From an uncultured archaeon (GTDB taxonomy: Archaea; Asgardarchaeota; Thorarchaeia; Thorarchaeales; Thorarchaeaceae), in contig CAZLEV010000020.1 of NCBI GenBank assembly GCA_964558645.1, positions 5,170 through 47,377 of the forward strand: a DNA stretch of 42,208 nt. The letters are read 5' to 3'. The notes beneath the pieces are model-generated. The model did no database searches and had not been told where the DNA came from. It was given only the letters and a program-made list of their open reading frames with translations. The first letter of the stretch is position 1; every line of letters starts with the position of its first letter. A program made the position numbers and the translations under genes. Positions 35,790-42,208 of the stretch are shown here, one piece after another.

Positions 35790-38700
35790 CTAGTTTCGAA
35801 TCGTCTTCAAACTTCTATCTAGTGTAACCAACTCTAGATTCTTAGGATTGACAATGCTCTCATCCATGTACTCTGCGGCTGAGAGAATGCATACCACCTT
35901 CGTAGATTTACATTTCCTACATGCAATTTCACCATGCATTCGCTGGAGGGTTGTCAGCTGCTGCTGAGTCGGGAACAGCACATAGGACGTATCCCCAGAG
36001 CAAAGGTCATAAAACTCGTGACCAACATGTACAAGATTAGACCTTGCTAGATGGTCTCTCAGAAACCCCATTGCTTCTTTTCGGAATCTCTCAAGCACTC
36101 GAGTGTTGACAATCCAAAGCCCTTCATCTATCTCAATCCATCTGTCATTGGTTTCATTTCTTATTGCAGTCAACATCTCATCAGCAAGTAATTCTGTCAG
36201 GGCCTGTTTTCCAACTTCCTTACGAAGAGGAACCGACCTAGATTGAGAACTCTGGAGAGAAGTAGTTTCAATAAAGTTGATAATATCGTCCCACGAAACT
36301 AGACCACTCTTTATTTCAACGAAGTCCTGCAGCAGTCCCAACCATATTCGTTTTTGCACTCGATCTGTGGTTTCTCGATGCAAATCATCGCACTGTTCTG
36401 CTGCGTCCTTCTCAAACACAGCTTCCGATTTCTCTAGGACGTCAAGATTTTTTCCTGATTCGACAGGACTTCCCGTTGGATGTTGCAGAGTCTGTAGGAG
36501 TCCTTCAAGAGAGCTTGGAAAGGCTGACACAACATTCACATTCTCAAATCCATGAATATCACTGATGAATTCTCTCAGTCTTGCCGCAGCAAGGCTGCCC
36601 CTTACAACGACATGCATCGTTTCTACATTGTTGCCAAGACTGGTCATTTGCTGACGGATAATTTGCAGTATACTATCAATGGACGACGACTTGAGGTGCT
36701 GTGTGAAAATCAGCACTGCTGTTTCATCCAACAGAATCCTACACCCAGCTAGACCAACATCCTCGATACACAGGCTACTGCTGGAATCTAGTCTACTAAT
36801 AATATAGTCTTTAATCACCCTCCCAATCGACTCTAATCCTTTTCCCGGCAAAGCAAAAATAGAGCCACCGGGCATCAATGATATCGACTCTCGTTCTATT
36901 ATGGACCTAGAGATCAGTGTCTGAACCAGACTTTCGGCCTGATCTTCGGTGAATTCGGGTTTGACTTTGCCAATTAGTTTGATCAAATCCTCCAGTACCA
37001 CAGTTCTCTCTGAAGCAAGGAAAGCCATGATGTGACTAGTCACTTCTGGAATGCTTGCCTCTAAGGTTTCCTCCTTTGATGAGAAATCTTCAGATTCGTC
37101 TATGCGCTTGTCTACAGAGGACAGCTTGGAGTCAAACACCTCTTCTTCATTATCGAAAGTTGCTGATGGCTGCAAAGTCGCTATTTCAAAGGTGCGACAC
37201 TTGGGGATAGATATTAAAGCTCTACCCACTTCAAGACTGCGGAGGTACTTTTCCTGTTCTTCATCAAGAGAAAGAAACCTAGCTCCCACTTCGCTGTCAT
37301 AGGGCAGACGGAAGACCACTTTCGTTGCAGTATTGGCAAGAATGTTCGATGAAATCGTCGGTCTTGTCGAAACAACAACTACACCTTGTCCCGTTGCTCT
37401 CTGAAGTAATACCATTGACTCTCCCGTTGTAACATCGGCAGCCGTATTCCTTGTATAGCTCTCAGGCACAAGATTACTTGCTTCTTCCAAGACAACTACA
37501 TGTTCTAGATCCGAACTGAGGCCACGTTTCATTGCACTTTCAAAAATACGCTTGGCTACTAGATTGTATAGCAACCTCGCTGCATCCATACCACCTACCC
37601 TTGCAACATATCTTAGGTCAAATATCACTCTGCTCTTCAGCAAATCCGAAATCCGAATCTTCTTTCCTCTGTTACCGAAAACAGATTTCAGTGGTTCTCG
37701 CGTAAGGATTTCCAGTCTATTGAGTAGCGCATCTCTAGTCATCTGACCCGACCGGTCGTTTCCGGCCAACTCCTCAATCTTCTCTATAAGAATGGAAACA
37801 GAATCCAGCTCACTCTTTACACTCACTGTTTCAATGACTGCGTCCCTGAGAAGTTTTTCCATCGCCGGAGACAAATCAGATGAGATTCCTCTTTCTCTTA
37901 GAAGCTCACGCAGAATCACAAACGTTGTATGAGCAGTTTCCTTCGAATCTGTTTCACTATCAACTAGCTCAATCACGAAGTTTGGATCAAGGCCGGGTCG
38001 CAACATCAATACAGGAATGTTTCCATAATTTGTAAGATCACAATACTCAGAGCCTTTTACATCAAACACCCACCAAGGTATCTCCGTCTTCTGACTCAAT
38101 TGGACTATTAGATGCTTTACAAGAGTTGTCTTGCCGGTTCCGGTTGCTCCTAGAACCGCCATGTGCTCCACTAACCAGTTCTTCCTGAGCCCCACTGGGC
38201 TGAGATCTCTTCCCTCATAGATGGACCAGCCAAGCTTCAGTTCATGGTCTATCTTCTCCCGTGAAGGAATCTCAAATACGGGTGTATATGACTTGGAAAT
38301 GACAGGCAATCTTTGAACAGGGAGATTGACGTAAGCAACTAAGTCATTTGTGTGTATGCGCTGTTTCTTAATGTGTCCTCTAGTTACCATTCGATAGAGT
38401 GTTGGTCGATCAATCTCATGGCTTTCCATTTCAAAGCTTTCATCATTCCCCCACAATGATGCAACTATTCCATCCAAGCTATTCATTATCGAACGCGATT
38501 CATCATCACCCTCATGTTGCACTTGAATGTAGACCGTGGAATCATACCAGCCCCCGTCACTCTGTATGGTTCTATAGTGGCCTAACAATTCCTGTTTTTC
38601 GGCTTGTTCCGCAAGCGAATCATCTTTTCTCTTTTCCTTTGCTCTAATCTTCCTCCATCTTGACTCCAGTCTCTTTCTCTCTTTTCCAGGTCTTGCAGCA

Positions 38701-39509
38701 GAAAGGGTACAAACCAACAAGGCATTAGCCTTCTGTTTCAAAAGAGTTGACATGAACCTACCAATCTGAGTTGCATTCGATTTTGGCGAGCACCTTGGCC
38801 TGCCTTTTAGTAGAAGAACCACTTTTCCCAAATTAGAGGACCAGCTCACATCTCCACTCAGTTTACTCCTTGTTACAGCCTGTTCCAACTCGATCCCTTT
38901 CAATTGCCGAAGCTCGATTTTATACAATGAGGACATGATAATCGCTTCGCACCTTGTGGCTTCTCTTTGTAGAATTCTCTTCAGTGCATTCACAGAGTTA
39001 GCCGTTGTTGTAACGAACAGGCGAATAACCGGTTGGCTGTTTTCGATGCCCGCCTCAAATGTGACTCTAACTCCGCCTTCCAAACCAGCTCGTATAGCCA
39101 ATAACATTGATGTGTCATATACTATCTCCCCCTCTTCGTCTCTGACTGAAGACATCAAAGTGGAATCCATCTGAAGACAGCATGTTCCCACATGATGATT
39201 TCCCATTGACGCAATAACTAAGTCATCATAAGTTCCAACGAGAACATCTTCTAATGCCACTCGTACGGCTGTACCCATAAGTACAGCCAACACCGGAATC
39301 GAACATAGCATCAACTCAACTGCAAGCTTGAAGGGATAACTAGGCGCATTGAACACCCCAAGAATAGGAAGAAGGTAGAAGATAATCGCATATGCGCTTG
39401 TCAATATGACTCCTGCTGGCCAAATATATCTAACTAACTTGTCTGCCGTTTGTCGAAGACGCTGATCTGCTTTCTCACTCGCAAATTCCACTATTCGATT
39501 CACCTCCAT
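35790..39509 (-). CDS. Large membrane-anchored HerA/VirB4-like (FtsK-HerA superfamily) ATPase
   Basis: Two N-terminal TMs; HMAVLGATGTGKT, FDVKGSEY, VVLEEASNL, NTATKVVFRL; long C-terminal extension ending in CRKC. Confidence 0.85.
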   Translation of the reverse strand: MEVNRIVEFASEKADQRLRQTADKLVRYIWPAGVILTSAYAIIFYLLPILGVFNAPSYPFKLAVELMLCSIPVLAVLMGTAVRVALEDVLVGTYDDLVIASMGNHHVGTCCLQMDSTLMSSVRDEEGEIVYDTSMLLAIRAGLEGGVRVTFEAGIENSQPVIRLFVTTTANSVNALKRILQREATRCEAIIMSSLYKIELRQLKGIELEQAVTRSKLSGDVSWSSNLGKVVLLLKGRPRCSPKSNATQIGRFMSTLLKQKANALLVCTLSAARPGKERKRLESRWRKIRAKEKRKDDSLAEQAEKQELLGHYRTIQSDGGWYDSTVYIQVQHEGDDESRSIMNSLDGIVASLWGNDESFEMESHEIDRPTLYRMVTRGHIKKQRIHTNDLVAYVNLPVQRLPVISKSYTPVFEIPSREKIDHELKLGWSIYEGRDLSPVGLRKNWLVEHMAVLGATGTGKTTLVKHLIVQLSQKTEIPWWVFDVKGSEYCDLTNYGNIPVLMLRPGLDPNFVIELVDSETDSKETAHTTFVILRELLRERGISSDLSPAMEKLLRDAVIETVSVKSELDSVSILIEKIEELAGNDRSGQMTRDALLNRLEILTREPLKSVFGNRGKKIRISDLLKSRVIFDLRYVARVGGMDAARLLYNLVAKRIFESAMKRGLSSDLEHVVVLEEASNLVPESYTRNTAADVTTGESMVLLQRATGQGVVVVSTRPTISSNILANTATKVVFRLPYDSEVGARFLSLDEEQEKYLRSLEVGRALISIPKCRTFEIATLQPSATFDNEEEVFDSKLSSVDKRIDESEDFSSKEETLEASIPEVTSHIMAFLASERTVVLEDLIKLIGKVKPEFTEDQAESLVQTLISRSIIERESISLMPGGSIFALPGKGLESIGRVIKDYIISRLDSSSSLCIEDVGLAGCRILLDETAVLIFTQHLKSSSIDSILQIIRQQMTSLGNNVETMHVVVRGSLAAARLREFISDIHGFENVNVVSAFPSSLEGLLQTLQHPTGSPVESGKNLDVLEKSEAVFEKDAAEQCDDLHRETTDRVQKRIWLGLLQDFVEIKSGLVSWDDIINFIETTSLQSSQSRSVPLRKEVGKQALTELLADEMLTAIRNETNDRWIEIDEGLWIVNTRVLERFRKEAMGFLRDHLARSNLVHVGHEFYDLCSGDTSYVLFPTQQQLTTLQRMHGEIACRKCKSTKVVCILSAAEYMDESIVNPKNLELVTLDRSLKTIRN

Positions 39510-39843
39510 CTTAATTCAAGCATATAGAAGTACACTCTCAACTCAGAAACTGATTCGGTACGATTCAATATGAACACCCCCGGGAATTCCAAGAAGTAGT
39601 TCATTGGAACCTTGGACGGCCAACCAATAGCAACGATCTGGAACGTAAAGAACAGGCTTCACCTCTATTGAAGAGAATTACCCCATTATTCCAGAGGAAC
39701 GAAAGGAGGTGGTTAAATTCTCTGCTCATTAAGGAATTGTGAGAAAGCCGGATAGATCTCAGAAACAGTTCAAGACCATTCTGGTTTCAGAAGGGACACT
39801 CTATGATCTGGTTACTCAAGACCAGCTGCAGGTGAATATAAGT

Positions 39844-41802
39844 ATGGGAAACCTGAGAATCCTTATCATATCGATGATCTTGATTGTGATCGGGATTATA
39901 TGTTCGTCACCCGTGGAAGAAGCAGATGGGGACATCTTAGTTGCCTATCGAGGAGAGTACAGTAATATAACGGCGCAACTGCTGCAGAACGGTACATACG
40001 GTGACCCGGTGATAGGGGAAACAATCGAGTTCTATGAGGAAACAACAGACATTTTACTGGGAACGAGCCTGACAGATTCCCAGGGCTACGCAACTCTTGA
40101 GTGGTACGTTCCACTGAATCACACATTAGGGACAACACTTGTAAACGCAACATACCGTGGCAATGAAACGCTCTTTCTTGCCCCCTCCTGTCAATGGTTA
40201 GAAGTCACTATCTACATGCGCACCAAGTTGAAAGCCAGCGTATCTGATACGCCTCTGGCACCAGGTGACCTGCTGTCCATCTCTGCCGAGTTACGAAATC
40301 AGCAAAACGGAACTCTAGGAAACGAGATGCTCGAGCTACGTTATGGAAACAACTCAATGGCCTCGGCTTACACCAATTCTTCTGGTCTGGCTAGATTCCT
40401 AATTCACGTCAATGATTCTTGGGCGTATCTTGGCGAGAACACACTCACAATCACCCATCCCCAGAATCCTGACACCTATACTTCACAATCCTGGGATTTC
40501 GTAACAGTTATTGTTAACAAAGTGACATCTTGGATAGACTGCACCCATAATCACTCAAAGCCGCTATCTCTTGGAGATTCTTTGCCTCTTAATGTCAGAC
40601 TCACTTCCACAGAAGGATATCTTATTCACAAGAATCTAGGACTCTACTTGAACGGAGGTCTTTACACCAGTCTGCAAACAAACTCAACAGGAAACGCCGA
40701 ACTACTCTTAATAATCGACGAATCATTCACCATTGGACCCCACCACTTGGAGGTCCGTTTCGAGGGCACTGATAGATATACCACATGCCAAGAAATCATC
40801 AGCTTCGATATACTCACACCAGTATTTGTTTCAGTTCAACAGTCAAATCTGCCACTTATTGCGATGAATACTACCCTGAAGATCCACGCACATGACCATT
40901 TCGGACGGTCGATTTCCGATGCTGTTGTCCAATTCTATGACACAACAAGTGATTTGCAAATATCTATGAATTATGAACCACCATTCATCACCATCGACTT
41001 TCCTGTTCTTCCACCCAAAGGTGCTCACGAAATCGGCATTAGCTTCACAGGGAATCCATACCTTTCCAATGGATCTTTGAATTACACAATCTATTGCTGG
41101 TCTTGTCCGGAGTTCAGTGGCTTGAATTATAGCATAGAAGGCTATGCTTTTCCTGGTCAGGAGATTGAAGTGGGGGCTCAACTACGGGACTATAACAGTT
41201 CACTCTCTCACTACTCGGTAGACTTACTAGTAGATGGAGTGCACACGCTAACCACAAGAACAGACAGCGATGGGAATTTCAAAGCCAGTCTTGCGGCTCC
41301 ATTTCATGAAGGCGCCCACAATATGACTCTTATCTCGCATAGAATGGAGTCAAACTACTTCGCAGAATCATCGGTTTCATACAGCTTCATAGTCACAAAC
41401 AGAATCCCTGTAAGGATTGTTCTGATTGAGCAGCATATCATCCCTCCTCTGAAGAGTATTGACGTTACACTAGAAGCTAAGGCACTCAACGGCAGTTACC
41501 ACAATGGTCTGATTATTCAATACAAATGGTTAGATATCATCCACACGAGCCAGTCCAACCACTGGGGAATATTTCAATTGCAGCTACCACTGCCTAGCCT
41601 GCCCGGACAATATCACCTGACAATAAGACTTCTACCGACATCCTATACTACAGCTCTCAATGATTCGATTCTGATTAGCATCTCTGAAGACCAAGTTCTT
41701 GCTGCCCAAGGAGTCGGCATTCCTATCTTAACTCTTAGTCTAACTAGCTCGTCGGTATTAGCCATGATACCCTTTCTAAGGAGAAAATACCTTATTGGAT
41801 AA
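39844..41802 (+). CDS. Surface protein with tandem Ig-like domains, signal/anchor helix and C-terminal TM
   Basis: Repeated TDSQGYA/TNSSGLA/TNSTGNA/TDSDGNF hairpins, many NxS/T sequons, C-terminal TM plus RRK; start at ATG 39844 after GGTGA. Confidence 0.85.
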   Translation: MGNLRILIISMILIVIGIICSSPVEEADGDILVAYRGEYSNITAQLLQNGTYGDPVIGETIEFYEETTDILLGTSLTDSQGYATLEWYVPLNHTLGTTLVNATYRGNETLFLAPSCQWLEVTIYMRTKLKASVSDTPLAPGDLLSISAELRNQQNGTLGNEMLELRYGNNSMASAYTNSSGLARFLIHVNDSWAYLGENTLTITHPQNPDTYTSQSWDFVTVIVNKVTSWIDCTHNHSKPLSLGDSLPLNVRLTSTEGYLIHKNLGLYLNGGLYTSLQTNSTGNAELLLIIDESFTIGPHHLEVRFEGTDRYTTCQEIISFDILTPVFVSVQQSNLPLIAMNTTLKIHAHDHFGRSISDAVVQFYDTTSDLQISMNYEPPFITIDFPVLPPKGAHEIGISFTGNPYLSNGSLNYTIYCWSCPEFSGLNYSIEGYAFPGQEIEVGAQLRDYNSSLSHYSVDLLVDGVHTLTTRTDSDGNFKASLAAPFHEGAHNMTLISHRMESNYFAESSVSYSFIVTNRIPVRIVLIEQHIIPPLKSIDVTLEAKALNGSYHNGLIIQYKWLDIIHTSQSNHWGIFQLQLPLPSLPGQYHLTIRLLPTSYTTALNDSILISISEDQVLAAQGVGIPILTLSLTSSSVLAMIPFLRRKYLIG

Positions 41803-41806
41803 GAAT

Positions 41807-41915
41807 TGGTGCTCCGGCCGGGATTTGAACCCGGGTCGAGGGATCGAGAGTCCCTCATGCTGGGCCGGACTACACTCGGTTGATTCATGCATATTCATGA
41901 AACATCTACCGGAGC
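41807..41915 (-). tRNA. tRNA-Glu(CUC) with 31-nt intron at 10/11 (41875-41905)
   Basis: GCTCCGG/CCGGAGC-A-CCA; AGGGA-CTCTCGA-TCCCT; BHB helix CGGT/ACCG with AG|A and AG|T bulges. Confidence 0.9.
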
Positions 41916-41990
41916 TTTGGTAAGCCAGTTCGGAGCGATGTTTCACCACATAGTATCCAAAATAAGGCTTTCCGTCCGAAAACAATCCGA

Positions 41991-42194
41991 TTACGGAAAG
42001 AGGTCTGTGAGTCCACTCCAACTGTCTTCCAACAGCTGAAGCAATCCATTCACGACTTCTTGTGCCCACCCAGTGGCCTGCAATATCACCGCAATCACAA
42101 TGGAAACAGTGACAACGGCGATACCAAGAAGCAGACTCTCCTCTACAAGAGGGCCGCCAATCTCATCAGAGAGCAATTTACCCTTATCGCACAC
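41991..42194 (-). CDS. Flp-like short pilin (class III signal peptide)
   Basis: LLSDEIG|GPLVEE plus hydrophobic helix, Glu at +5; resembles the Flp FxxDExG|xxxxEY pattern. Start may lie further upstream. Confidence 0.6.
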   Translation of the reverse strand: MCDKGKLLSDEIGGPLVEESLLLGIAVVTVSIVIAVILQATGWAQEVVNGLLQLLEDSWSGLTDLFP

Positions 42195-42208
42195 GGTCTT
42201 TTCACCCT

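Overview
Archaeal chromosomal window, most likely from an Asgard archaeon (Thorarchaeia-like; inferred from gene content, not proven). It carries housekeeping genes (pgk, gatDE, tfe, aMBF1, pan, Trm5/Taw2, nac, acdA, hypF, iorAB, glmS, rpsJ, ipk, a GH1 glycosidase and a split LKR/SDH pair) and five tRNA genes. All five tRNAs are intron-containing (7 BHB introns, 4 at non-canonical positions). The most striking signal is non-coding. The centre of the window looks like a replication-origin/segregation locus with three ORB boxes (an inverted pair at 25.57-25.74 kb and one at 29.87 kb) but no orc1/cdc6 gene. Three distinct repeat families surround it, each sitting next to an uncharacterised candidate DNA-binding gene. 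(i) About 16 arrays of GTAWTAC heptamers at 9-bp period lie across 11-24 kb, including inside CDSs, around an operon for an AAA+ ATPase and a ParG-like ribbon-helix-helix protein (candidate new partition system). (ii) GAACACGTGTTC palindromes bracket the ORB pair and a Cas2/VapD-like gene. (iii) ATTCACA iterons surround the third ORB upstream of a winged-helix gene. The right end holds a HerA/VirB4-like ATPase, an Ig-like surface protein and pilin-like proteins.
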